NCBI GenBank assembly: GCA_001751075.1
Contig: MAVP01000002.1
Coordinates: 1 to 59,973 of the forward strand
DNA: 59,973 nucleotides
Reading direction: 5' to 3'
DNA from: Desulfobacterales bacterium S7086C20
GTDB taxonomy: Bacteria > Desulfobacterota > Desulfobacteria > Desulfobacterales > C00003060
Positions 24,722-33,853 of the stretch are shown here, in pieces. The position numbers and the translations under genes were made by a program. Under the pieces are notes generated by a model. The model did not search any database and was not told the origin of the DNA. It saw nothing but the letters and a program-made list of their open reading frames with translations. Positions within the stretch are counted from its first letter, which is position 1; every line of letters starts with the position of its first letter.

Positions 24722-25498
24722 TTGGCAGGAAAATCAAAAAAAGGTCGATCTGAAGACGGTCTGAGTCAGAACGGTATAAGGATTATGATCGTGAGCCTGT
24801 TCATTATTCTCTTGGCGTTTTTTATTGTACTCAATTCAATGGCTGTCATCGATGATAGAAGAACGCTTGCCGCATTAGGTTCGTTGGTAGGAAGCTTCGG
24901 GATTTTGCCTGGTGGCCTGTCTCCGACCGAAGAAGGTGATATGGCAGTGCTTTCTCCTGGTAAGGTGCCAATGAGTACCGGCGGCGAATCATTACAAATA
25001 TCAGGGTCGGACAAGCCAGGCTCTAAATCCATTATCATGCGGTCAGTGCCGGATGGTGAGATAGTAAGCATTCAGGATGAGGTGCTCTTTGAGAAGGATA
25101 GCTACAAAATCAAACCGGCGGGTTACGATTTCCTGAAGAGGCTTTGCGGTGTCATCAACAAGGGAGAATATCCTGTTGAGATTACCGGGCACACAGACAG
25201 CAGACCTCCAGAGGAGAAATCCGTACATTCCAACCAAGAGCTTTCTTCTCTGAGGGCGCTTGAGGTCCTGAAGTTCTTTGCAGTTGTTGGCGGTATTAAT
25301 CCATCGCGTTTGACGGCATATGGTTGTAGGGAAAGCAGGCCAATTGCAAGTAATGAGACAAGGCAGACAAGGGCGCAAAACCGAAGGGTTGATATCCTAT
25401 TTACACAGGAGAAAGCAGAAGATCTCAAAGACATTTACAAAAAGGATGAATCCGGGTTTGTGCTTTTTAAGCGATTTGTATTTCGCATATTTGATTAG
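24722..25498 (+). CDS. MotB-like OmpA-domain protein lacking the conserved TM aspartate
   Basis: The single TM segment 'IMIVSLFIILLAFFIVL' aligns to 'FGDLLMLLLTFFVML' of the next gene with Ser in the Asp position. OmpA-like C-terminus 'ITGHTDSRP..SNQELSSLRALEVLKFF..NRRVDILF'. TTG start with a GGAGG RBS. Confidence 0.8.
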   Translation: MAGKSKKGRSEDGLSQNGIRIMIVSLFIILLAFFIVLNSMAVIDDRRTLAALGSLVGSFGILPGGLSPTEEGDMAVLSPGKVPMSTGGESLQISGSDKPGSKSIIMRSVPDGEIVSIQDEVLFEKDSYKIKPAGYDFLKRLCGVINKGEYPVEITGHTDSRPPEEKSVHSNQELSSLRALEVLKFFAVVGGINPSRLTAYGCRESRPIASNETRQTRAQNRRVDILFTQEKAEDLKDIYKKDESGFVLFKRFVFRIFD

Positions 25499-25509
25499 GC
25501 TAATAAGCC

Positions 25510-26301
25510 ATGGGAAAGAATAAAGGGAAAGGCAGCGAGGAAAAAGCAGATACCACGATGTGGATGGTCACTTTTGGTGACCTGTTGATGCTGCTGTTGA
25601 CTTTTTTTGTAATGCTCTTGACTATGTCTTCTATGGATACAAAGGCACTCAAATCCGCCTTCAGTCTCTTTGACGGCGGAATCGGCGCGCTGGAGTTTTC
25701 GAGCCTTGGAAAGATAAAGGATCTAGAAAAAAGAGGTGACCTCATTGCGTCAAAAGGTATTGATCTGTCGATGCTGTCTGCCCTAAATGAACGTCTTGAC
25801 GGATTGTTAGCATCACTTGAGCCCGAGGAAATTTTAGGCCGGGGGACACTGGAACGTGTCTTTGGCAAGGGAGATGATCGCCAAGGCGATGCGGTTCTTG
25901 CTGGTCTTGGCAATATGATAGATATCTCAGAAGATGACAGAGGTGTTGTTTTGACAATACGGGCAGAGCTTGTCTTTGATTCTGGAAAGTCTGAAATCAG
26001 GTCGGAGATGCTTCCACTGCTTGATACGGTAGCCAAACTGCTAAAGCGTATCTCAAATGAGGTCCTCATTATGGGACACACTGACAATATTCCAAGTCGA
26101 AGTGGGCAATATCGTTCAAACTGGGATCTGTCCCTTTATAGGGCGCTAAACGTGTATAGGTATTTTTTAAAAAAGAAGGGCCTTTCTTCCAAGAGACTCT
26201 TTGCCGGAGGATATGGTGACCTTAGACCGAGGTTTTCAAATAGCACAAAAGAAGGGCGGAAGAAAAACAGGAGGGTAGAGATTATCCTGAGAAAAACATG
26301 A
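25510..26301 (+). CDS. motB: Flagellar stator protein MotB (canonical Asp present)
   Basis: 'WMVTFGDLLMLLLTFFVMLL' (plug/TM segment with Asp) and OmpA-like 'IMGHTDNIP..SNWDLSLYRALNVYRYF..NRRVEIIL'. Confidence 0.9.
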   Translation: MGKNKGKGSEEKADTTMWMVTFGDLLMLLLTFFVMLLTMSSMDTKALKSAFSLFDGGIGALEFSSLGKIKDLEKRGDLIASKGIDLSMLSALNERLDGLLASLEPEEILGRGTLERVFGKGDDRQGDAVLAGLGNMIDISEDDRGVVLTIRAELVFDSGKSEIRSEMLPLLDTVAKLLKRISNEVLIMGHTDNIPSRSGQYRSNWDLSLYRALNVYRYFLKKKGLSSKRLFAGGYGDLRPRFSNSTKEGRKKNRRVEIILRKT

Positions 26302-26346
26302 TTGATATATCCTTGTTCTTGTTAGGGTATTTGAAAGGAATGTAGT

Positions 26347-26865
26347 ATGGCAGAAGAAGAAAAAATCTCTGTTGAAGATGACGTGAGTCAGGAGGAATCC
26401 AAGGGTTCCTCAAAAAAAATGATTATCATTATAGTAGTTGCTCTCCTCCTTCTGGGAGGAGGCGGCTTTGCAGGGTGGAAATTTTTCCTCGCTGAAAAGC
26501 CTTCCGGAGACAGTGGTGAATCCGTCGAAGAAGCTCAAGAGTCTGAAGAAAAGGCCCCATTAGTAAGGATCATGTGTGAGATGAAGCCCTTTATTGTCAA
26601 TCTGCTGGGTAATCAGGGCAAGCGGTACCTTAAGGCGAAGATTGACATAGAAGTCGATGACGAAGCAATAAAGAAGGAACTGGGGAAACGTAACTCCGAG
26701 TTGAGAGATGCTATTTTATTCCTTCTTGCAGGTAAGTCCTTCGATGATATTAGTCGCCCCGGGGGAAAGATCGAACTTAGAACGCAACTGGTTGAACGTA
26801 TTAATGGCATCTTAGACCAAGGTGGTATCCGGACACTCTATTTTACAGAGTTTGTCGTGCAGTAG
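26347..26865 (+). CDS. fliL: Flagellar basal-body-associated protein FliL
   Basis: TM segment, then 'MKPFIVNLLGNQGKRYLKAKIDIEV..LRDAILFLLAGKSFDDI..RTLYFTEFVVQ'. Confidence 0.92.
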   Translation: MAEEEKISVEDDVSQEESKGSSKKMIIIIVVALLLLGGGGFAGWKFFLAEKPSGDSGESVEEAQESEEKAPLVRIMCEMKPFIVNLLGNQGKRYLKAKIDIEVDDEAIKKELGKRNSELRDAILFLLAGKSFDDISRPGGKIELRTQLVERINGILDQGGIRTLYFTEFVVQ

Positions 26866-26953
26866 ACAATAGTAGACAATAGAGGAAGATGTCAAATGCG
26901 TGAGGAAGTCAATAATATTTTCTTAGTATAGCAGGTGGAGGGAAGAACAAGCT

Positions 26954-27937
26954 ATGTCCAATGTTTTATCCCAAGAAGAAGTCGATAGCCTCCTCAAGGG
27001 TGTTACAAGTGGCGAGATAGAAACGGAATCAGGCGAGGAAGCCTCCTCTGATGGTGTTGTCCGCTATGACTTTACGCGGCAGGAACAGATCCTTCGCGGC
27101 AGGATGCCGATGATTGGTGTGATTAACGAACGCTTTGCCTCAAAATTTAGAACCAATCTTTCCGGTATGGTTCGAAGAACGGTGGATGTTGAGGCAGAAC
27201 CAATGGATATGGTTAAGTTTGAGGATTTTCGTCTCTCTCTGCCTGTTCCGACAAGCCTTCATGTTTTTCGCATAGATCCTCTTGCAGGCCAGGCCCTGGT
27301 TGTCTTTGATAGCCCGCTGGTTTTTAGTTTGATCGAATGCTATTTTGGTGGCAAAGGAACGGAACATGTCAAGATCGAAGGTAGAGATTTTACACCAATA
27401 GAAAATAGCATGATACAAAAGGTTGTAAGGGCCTGTCTGGGAGACTTTGCCAATGCATGGGAAAGAGTCTTTAATGTTGAGATGACATATATACGTTCTG
27501 AAGTAAACCCTGAGTTTGCCGGTATCGTGTTGCCTGGTGATTTGGTTATTATCACTAAATGTAAAGTTGACATTGAAGGCTTTGGAGGTCTTTTGACCTT
27601 GTGTGTTCCTTATTCAACTATCGAACCGATTCGTGACAGGTTGTCGGGTGGAGTTCAAAAGGACCAAATAGCGGCAGATGCCCAATGGAGAAAACACCTC
27701 CAGGACCGAATCTATGAGACAATGGTCGACATCGTGGTGGAGCTTGGTGCGACACAAGTTACCACAGAAAGGTTGCTCGGCCTCAAGATCGGCGATGTGA
27801 TTCAACTGGGACAATATGTTAGTGAACCGTTGACTGGCAAGGTCCAGGGGATTGGGAAGTTTATGGGCCGTCCTGGAGTTGTCAAGGGGAATCGGGCATT
27901 GAAGATGGAAGGGATGAGTATAAAGGGTGGAGTTTGA
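26954..27937 (+). CDS. fliM: Flagellar motor switch protein FliM
   Basis: 'LSQEEVDSLL' N-terminal CheY-P binding-type motif, 'YDFTRQEQILRGRMP', 327 aa. Confidence 0.95.
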   Translation: MSNVLSQEEVDSLLKGVTSGEIETESGEEASSDGVVRYDFTRQEQILRGRMPMIGVINERFASKFRTNLSGMVRRTVDVEAEPMDMVKFEDFRLSLPVPTSLHVFRIDPLAGQALVVFDSPLVFSLIECYFGGKGTEHVKIEGRDFTPIENSMIQKVVRACLGDFANAWERVFNVEMTYIRSEVNPEFAGIVLPGDLVIITKCKVDIEGFGGLLTLCVPYSTIEPIRDRLSGGVQKDQIAADAQWRKHLQDRIYETMVDIVVELGATQVTTERLLGLKIGDVIQLGQYVSEPLTGKVQGIGKFMGRPGVVKGNRALKMEGMSIKGGV

Positions 27938-27982
27938 TTTAGAGATAGTAATCATTGGCTAAGACTAGGGAAGGGTAATGCT

Positions 27983-28375
27983 GTGGAAGACAAAAAAGAC
28001 GAGACCAACCAAAATGGTGCTTCTGAAGTAGAGGACTCCCCGGAGAGCAAAGGCGATACAGAGGATCTATCGACGGGAGAGAAAGATCAATCGGGCGCCC
28101 AAGGCGCTGATGATGCCAAGGGCCTAGATTTTATTCTGGATATTCCCCTGGAGGTTTCAGTCGAACTAGGTCGGACCGAGATGCTTGTTAATGACTTGCT
28201 TCAGCTGGCACGGGGATCAATCATTGAACTATCAAAGCTTGCTGATGGACCAATGGATATCTATGTAAACCGGAAATTGTTCGCCCGTGGCGAGGTAGTG
28301 GTTGTTAATGAGAAGTTTGGGATAAGGCTTACAGATATCATGAGTCCCGCAGAGAGAGTTAAGTCATTGAATTGA
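27983..28375 (+). CDS. fliN: Flagellar motor switch protein FliN
   Basis: SpoA domain 'LDIPLEVSVELGRTEMLVNDLLQLARGSIIELSKLADGPMDIYVNRKLFARGEVVVVNEKFGIRLTDI'. GTG start. Confidence 0.93.
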   Translation: MEDKKDETNQNGASEVEDSPESKGDTEDLSTGEKDQSGAQGADDAKGLDFILDIPLEVSVELGRTEMLVNDLLQLARGSIIELSKLADGPMDIYVNRKLFARGEVVVVNEKFGIRLTDIMSPAERVKSLN

Positions 28376-28411
28376 CGCGTGATATCGGTACAGGTAGATA
28401 AAGTAGCTTAA

Positions 28412-28837
28412 TTGTTAAGGGGTGAGGATTTGGACGAATTAGCGGGGACATCGGATGTAATTTATCAGCCGGATCTATGGTGGGCAGGTCTTAAGACCTT
28501 GGCTATGTTGAGCATTGTGGTTGGTGGCTTGATTCTCCTGCTTTTTATAGTCAAGCGATTTGTATACAAAAGGCATGACGTTGGTCAGGGCCGACTGATC
28601 AGGATGCTTTCATTGTATCACATTAGTTCTAAGCAACGAATTGCCTTAATCGATGTGGCCGGCGAGAAGCTTGTTATCGGCATCACTCCGGAGAAAATCA
28701 CTCGCTTAACAACGGTTAATAATTCAGATGCCTTGCGGCATATTGATGAAGGTGGAACTGTTGGATCAGGGGGTGGTCTATTTCACAAATTCCTAACCTC
28801 CTCTCTAAGAGGTAAAGGCAGGTCGAGCAGGGAGTAA
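28412..28837 (+). CDS. fliO: Flagellar biosynthesis protein FliO (start uncertain)
   Basis: Single TM segment 'LAMLSIVVGGLILLLFIV', then 'IRMLSLYHISSKQRIALIDVAGEKLVIGITPEKIT'. The position between fliN and fliP supports the call. Confidence 0.8.
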   Translation: MLRGEDLDELAGTSDVIYQPDLWWAGLKTLAMLSIVVGGLILLLFIVKRFVYKRHDVGQGRLIRMLSLYHISSKQRIALIDVAGEKLVIGITPEKITRLTTVNNSDALRHIDEGGTVGSGGGLFHKFLTSSLRGKGRSSRE

Positions 28838-28843
28838 GTTGCG

Positions 28844-29620
28844 TTGAAGATGAAAAATGTGAAATGCAAATTTCTGATAATTAGTTTTCTTTTCGCAGTA
28901 TTGGTTATTATGCCTAGTATTGTTTCTTCTGCGGCTATGCCTCTGCCTATGCTACAGATTGGTGTCGGTCAAGCAGATGATCCAGGTGATGTGTCGGTGT
29001 TACTTCAGATCGTTGCCTTACTTACGGTGCTTTCACTGGCACCTGCAATCTTGATTCTAATGACTTCCTTTACTAGACTTGCTATTGCATTTTCCTTTTT
29101 AAGACATGCCCTGGGCACCCAGCAGATGCCACCAAACCAAGTTATGATTGGCCTTGCCCTATTTCTTACTTTTTTTATTATGATGCCCGTATGGAAGCAG
29201 GTAAACGAAAAGGCTATCAAGCCTTATCTTGGTGAAGAGATATCACAATCCGAGGCATTAGAAGCGGCCATGAAACCCGTTCGGCAGTTTATGTTTAGGC
29301 AAACGAGGGAAAAGGATCTTGCTTTATTTGTGAGTATGGCGAAGCTTGATAAACCAAACACGACTCGCGATATACCCTCTTTGGTGCTGATACCTGCGTT
29401 TGTGGTGAGTGAACTTAAGACCGCTTTTATTATCGGCTTTTTCTTGTATATACCATTTTTAATCATCGACATGGTCATAGCCAGCGTTCTTCTCTCCATG
29501 GGGATGATGATGTTGCCACCGATCATGATATCGATGCCTTTCAAACTGATACTTTTTGTCCTTATGGATGGCTGGCATTTGATCGTGGGCTCGCTGGTAG
29601 AAAGTTTTGTGGGTGGATGA
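28844..29620 (+). CDS. fliP: Flagellar export apparatus protein FliP
   Basis: 'LLTVLSLAPAILILMTSFTRLAIAFSFLRHALGTQQMPPNQV' and 'ELKTAFIIGFFLYIPFLIIDMVIASVLLSMGMMMLPP'. An alternative ATG start is at 28850. Confidence 0.95.
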   Translation: MKMKNVKCKFLIISFLFAVLVIMPSIVSSAAMPLPMLQIGVGQADDPGDVSVLLQIVALLTVLSLAPAILILMTSFTRLAIAFSFLRHALGTQQMPPNQVMIGLALFLTFFIMMPVWKQVNEKAIKPYLGEEISQSEALEAAMKPVRQFMFRQTREKDLALFVSMAKLDKPNTTRDIPSLVLIPAFVVSELKTAFIIGFFLYIPFLIIDMVIASVLLSMGMMMLPPIMISMPFKLILFVLMDGWHLIVGSLVESFVGG

Positions 29621-29624
29621 TAAT

Positions 29625-29894
29625 ATGACACCAGAGTCCGTCGTTGGGTTTGCTCAAGAGGCTATTAAGGTTACGATCTTGGTGGCGATGCCGATGCTGG
29701 GACTTGGTCTCATTGTTGGTCTAGTGGTTAGCGTCTTCCAAGCTGTTACGCAGATCCAGGAAATGACATTGACATTTGTTCCTAAGATACTGGTCGTTCT
29801 CTTGGGGCTGTTGTTCTTTTCCAACTGGATGCTACAGCAGCTTATAGATTTTGGACGAAACTGTATCACGCAGATACCACTATATATCAGGTGA
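29625..29894 (+). CDS. fliQ: Flagellar export apparatus protein FliQ
   Basis: 89 aa, 'PMLGLGLIVGLVVSVFQAVTQIQEMTLTFVPKI'. I prefer the ATG at 29625 to the ORF-track start at 29607, which overlaps fliP. Confidence 0.93.
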   Translation: MTPESVVGFAQEAIKVTILVAMPMLGLGLIVGLVVSVFQAVTQIQEMTLTFVPKILVVLLGLLFFSNWMLQQLIDFGRNCITQIPLYIR

Positions 29895-30679
29895 TCATGG
29901 ATATCCTTGGATTATCACAAGAGCAATTTAAGTGTCTGATCCTGATTCTACTTAGAGTAAGTATTATTCTATTTATGTTTCCTGTTTTTGGAGGGATGAT
30001 GGTGCCGAAGCCTGTTAAGGCCGGTCTGGCCTTAATGATTACTATAGTGCTTTTTCCGATTGTTCGTCCTGACCCGCGCTTATTTCCAGAAAGTCTGGTG
30101 GGTTCTATCAACCTAATCCTTTCCGAATTGGTTTTGGGGTTGATTATCGGCTTAACTATTCGTCTTTTCTTTGCGGCTATCCAGTTGGGTGGGCAGCTTA
30201 TTGGGTTTCAAATGGGGTTTGCGATTGCAAATGTTCTCGATCCTGAGTCAGGCACGCAGGGTTCTATTTTGGCACAACTTGGATACTGGGTGGCCCTTTT
30301 GTGCTTTCTGATACTGGATGGTCATCATGTGTTGCTGGAGACGTTAGCTAACAGCTTTTCCATCATCAAGATGGGATCATTGGGTATCGGCGCCGGCATC
30401 TTCAACAGAATATCGGAAGTCTCTGGAGATATGTTTGCCATGGCGATTAAAATTGGCGCTCCGGCGATTACAGCGCTTCTGTTAACAAGTGCTGCATTTG
30501 GCATTATTGCCAGGGTGGTTCCACAGGTTAACATACTTATTGTGGCCTTTCCGATAAAGATTGTTGTGGGGTTATTCTTTTTTGGGATTTCATTGCAGAT
30601 ACTCCTTCACTTTACGAGACAATATGTAACGGGATTTGAAGGAATGTTAACAGTTATCATGAGACTTATGAGGGTGTAA
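29891..30679 (+). CDS. fliR: Flagellar export apparatus protein FliR
   Basis: 262 aa, polytopic, 'IQLGGQLIGFQMGFAIANVLDP'. Synteny supports the call. Confidence 0.93.
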   Translation: MIMDILGLSQEQFKCLILILLRVSIILFMFPVFGGMMVPKPVKAGLALMITIVLFPIVRPDPRLFPESLVGSINLILSELVLGLIIGLTIRLFFAAIQLGGQLIGFQMGFAIANVLDPESGTQGSILAQLGYWVALLCFLILDGHHVLLETLANSFSIIKMGSLGIGAGIFNRISEVSGDMFAMAIKIGAPAITALLLTSAAFGIIARVVPQVNILIVAFPIKIVVGLFFFGISLQILLHFTRQYVTGFEGMLTVIMRLMRV

Positions 30680-30682
30680 GTT

Positions 30683-31753
30683 TTGCCAGAAGGTCAGGAT
30701 CAACAAGAAAAAACTGAAAAAGCAACACCTAAAAAGCGCTCGGAGGCGAGAAAAAAAGGTGATGTTGCAAAAAGCCGAGAGGTGTCCTCTGTGGCTGTGT
30801 TGTTGGCAGGGCTTTCAACGTTATGTCTCTTTGGCCCCTTTATGCATAGCCACTTGAGTTCTTTAATGAAACGAAGTTTTTTGTTAATCAGGACCCCGGT
30901 TTTGGATTTACCAGGGCTTTTAACTATTAGCGAAGACGCGGTGCTGCAATTTATTGTAATAGTAATACCGGTGATGGCAGGTGTGGCCTTGATCGCAGTT
31001 TTATCGAACCTTATGCAAGTGGGTGTCATGTTTTCTTGGAAGAAACTGGCCCCTGAGTTTTCCAAGATTAGCCCGCTGAAGGGGTTGGGGCGACTTTTTT
31101 CCAAACAGTCCCTTATGGAATTGTTTAAATCTTTGACAAAGCTTTCAATAGTTGGGGGGATTGCATATTGGACGATCAAAGGGGAAATGGATCAGATCCA
31201 AAACCTTGGCAGCATAGAGGTTTTGGGTATAGCCTTGTATATTCTGAAAGTGATTCTAAAGATCTTTCTCCGCGTATGCATAGTAATGGTAATTGTGGCT
31301 GTCATAGATTATACGTTTCAAAAGTGGCAGTTTGAAGAGAAGCTAAAAATGACCAAACAGGAAGTGAAAGAAGAACACAAGCAGAGCGAAGGGGATCCGC
31401 TAGTCAAATCGAGGATAAGGAGAACTCAACTAGAGGCAGCCAGAAAGCGTATGATGCAAGAAGTGCCTAAGGCCGATGTCGTTGTGACAAATCCGGTTCA
31501 TCTCGCATTGGCCGTCAAGTATGACAACTCGGTTATGAACGCTCCCCGAGTGGTAGCCAAAGGAGCAGAATTAATAGCAGAAAGGATCAAGACGTTGGCC
31601 AGAGAAAGTGCCGTTCCAATCGTTGAAAACAAGGAGTTGGCCCAAAACCTTTACAAGATGGTTGACATTGGCGACGAAGTTCCTTCGGACTTCTATCAGG
31701 CTATAGCCGAGGTCTTGGCTTATGTCTATCGGCTAAAAGGTAAGGCTGCATAG
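30683..31753 (+). CDS. flhB: Flagellar export switch protein FlhB
   Basis: 'QEKTEKATPKKRSEARKKGDVAKSREV' N-terminus and the C-terminal 'VVTNPVHLALAVKYD' (an NPTH-type autocleavage site, here NPVH). Confidence 0.95.
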   Translation: MPEGQDQQEKTEKATPKKRSEARKKGDVAKSREVSSVAVLLAGLSTLCLFGPFMHSHLSSLMKRSFLLIRTPVLDLPGLLTISEDAVLQFIVIVIPVMAGVALIAVLSNLMQVGVMFSWKKLAPEFSKISPLKGLGRLFSKQSLMELFKSLTKLSIVGGIAYWTIKGEMDQIQNLGSIEVLGIALYILKVILKIFLRVCIVMVIVAVIDYTFQKWQFEEKLKMTKQEVKEEHKQSEGDPLVKSRIRRTQLEAARKRMMQEVPKADVVVTNPVHLALAVKYDNSVMNAPRVVAKGAELIAERIKTLARESAVPIVENKELAQNLYKMVDIGDEVPSDFYQAIAEVLAYVYRLKGKAA

Positions 31754-33853
31754 ATGGAAACCTCTACGCAAGGTTCATTAAAAGATACATTCTTATCCAA
31801 CATTAGCGATACCGCCATGGTTATTGGAGTAGTTGGTATCTTGATGGTGATGATTATACCGCTGCCTTCATACTTGTTGGATTTCTTGTTGGCCCTGAAC
31901 ATTACTTTTTCGATCATCGTGATTCTAATGGCTATGTACACTGTCAAGCCTTTAGATTTTGCAATATTTCCTACTCTCTTATTGGTGACTACCCTCTTTA
32001 GGCTTTCGCTGAATATAGCCTCTACAAGGCTCATTCTTCTTCATGGAAACGAGGGAGCGCTAGCCGCGGGAAAGGTTATCAAATCCTTTGGAGATTTTGT
32101 TGTAGGTGGGAACTACGTTGTGGGCATGGTAGTCTTTGTAATCCTTGTAATCATCAATTTTATTGTTATTACCAAAGGATCTGGGAGAATTGCTGAGGTG
32201 GCGGCCCGCTTTACGCTTGATGCCATGCCGGGAAAACAGATGAGTATTGATGCCGACTTGAATGCAGGGCTCATAGAGGAAAATGAGGCGAAGAGTCGCC
32301 GAGAGGTTATATCTCGAGAGGCAGAGTTCCATGGCGCAATGGATGGTGCAAGCAAGTTTGTCAGAGGTGATGCTATTGCAGGTATTGTCATTTGTCTCGT
32401 CAACATCATTGGTGGTTTTATTATTGGAGTACTTCAAAAAAAGATGTCAGTAGGAATGGCAGCCCAGAACTATACACTTCTTACAGTCGGTGACGGTTTA
32501 GTGACCCAAATCCCAGCCCTTATTATATCAACTTCCGCAGGAATTGTAGTAAGTCGTGCGGCTGCTGAATCGAGCATAGGTGTTGATTTTAGCAAACAGC
32601 TTTTGTCTAACCCGAAGGCTGTCTATCTTGGATCGGTGATTATCTTTATGTTCGGGCTTATTCCCGGCCTTCCGCATTTGCCCTTTATGGTTCTTGGTGC
32701 AACTATTGGAGGGGCCCTTTATGTGTTTCAAAAGAAAACGCGGGAGGCCTTAGCAGCAGTATCCGCCAAGGAGGCGGAGGCGGAAAAGGCCGAGGAGGCC
32801 CCCGAGTCTGTGGAACATCTTCTTTTGCTCGATCCGATGGAACTTGAGGTAGGTTATGCAATAATTCCTCTTGTTGATCGAGAGCAGGATGGCGAGCTTT
32901 TAGATCGTATTAGGTCGATGAGGCGTCAGTTTGCCTTGGAAATGGGTATGGTCATTCCTTCGATCCACATAAGAGACAATTTGAACCTGAAGCCATCTGA
33001 GTACAGGATTCTGATTAAAGGAGTTGAGGTCGGAAAGTTTGAGCTAATGGCTGATCACTTAATGGCTATGGATCCTGGAGATGCAACTCAAAAGATTGAC
33101 GGTATTCCAACCGAAGAGCCTGCTTTTGGGCTTTCCGCGGTGTGGATAAACGAGAAAAAACAAGATGAGGCGAAATTTGCAGGATATACGGTAGTCGACA
33201 ATACGGCTATTATTGCAACTCATATTAGTGAGATTATACGGCACCATGCCCATGAGCTTCTAGGCCGTCAGGAGGTTCAAACCCTTCTGGATAATCTTGC
33301 CAGAACGCATCCCAAAGTGGTGGAAGAGCTCACACCGGCACTGCTCTCTTTAGGTGGCATTCAAAAGGTATCGCAGAATCTCCTGAGAGAGGGGGTTTCT
33401 ATCAGGGACATGTTAACCATTGTAGAGGCTTTGGCTGATTACGCTCCAGTTACTAAAGATCCGGATATGTTGACAGAGTATGTCCGACAGAGACTTGCTC
33501 GTGCTATTGTAAGCTCTCGTGTGCCGGAAAATGGTGTTTTGAATGTTTTGACTCTCGAGCAAGATGTAGAAGATGTTCTGTTAGATAGTGTTCAGCACAC
33601 TGAACACGGTTCGTACCTTTCAGTAGATCCAAAGGTTGCCGGTTCTATAATGAACTCAGTGAACAAAGAGACGGAAAAGGCTATGGCAAGAGGTTTTGAG
33701 CCTATTATTCTTTGTTCACCACAGCTGAGAAGACATTTTAGAAGAATGATAGAGCGGTTTGTACCATCTCTAATGGTGCTTTCTCATAGTGAGTTATTGG
33801 ATAGTGTTCAATTTAAATCACTCGGAAAGGTTAGTCTGGAGAATGCAGGTTAG
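31754..33853 (+). CDS. flhA: Flagellar export gate protein FlhA
   Basis: 699 aa, 'GNYVVGMVVFVILVIINFIVITKGSGRIAEVAARFTLDAMPGKQMSIDADL'. Confidence 0.97.
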   Translation: METSTQGSLKDTFLSNISDTAMVIGVVGILMVMIIPLPSYLLDFLLALNITFSIIVILMAMYTVKPLDFAIFPTLLLVTTLFRLSLNIASTRLILLHGNEGALAAGKVIKSFGDFVVGGNYVVGMVVFVILVIINFIVITKGSGRIAEVAARFTLDAMPGKQMSIDADLNAGLIEENEAKSRREVISREAEFHGAMDGASKFVRGDAIAGIVICLVNIIGGFIIGVLQKKMSVGMAAQNYTLLTVGDGLVTQIPALIISTSAGIVVSRAAAESSIGVDFSKQLLSNPKAVYLGSVIIFMFGLIPGLPHLPFMVLGATIGGALYVFQKKTREALAAVSAKEAEAEKAEEAPESVEHLLLLDPMELEVGYAIIPLVDREQDGELLDRIRSMRRQFALEMGMVIPSIHIRDNLNLKPSEYRILIKGVEVGKFELMADHLMAMDPGDATQKIDGIPTEEPAFGLSAVWINEKKQDEAKFAGYTVVDNTAIIATHISEIIRHHAHELLGRQEVQTLLDNLARTHPKVVEELTPALLSLGGIQKVSQNLLREGVSIRDMLTIVEALADYAPVTKDPDMLTEYVRQRLARAIVSSRVPENGVLNVLTLEQDVEDVLLDSVQHTEHGSYLSVDPKVAGSIMNSVNKETEKAMARGFEPIILCSPQLRRHFRRMIERFVPSLMVLSHSELLDSVQFKSLGKVSLENAG

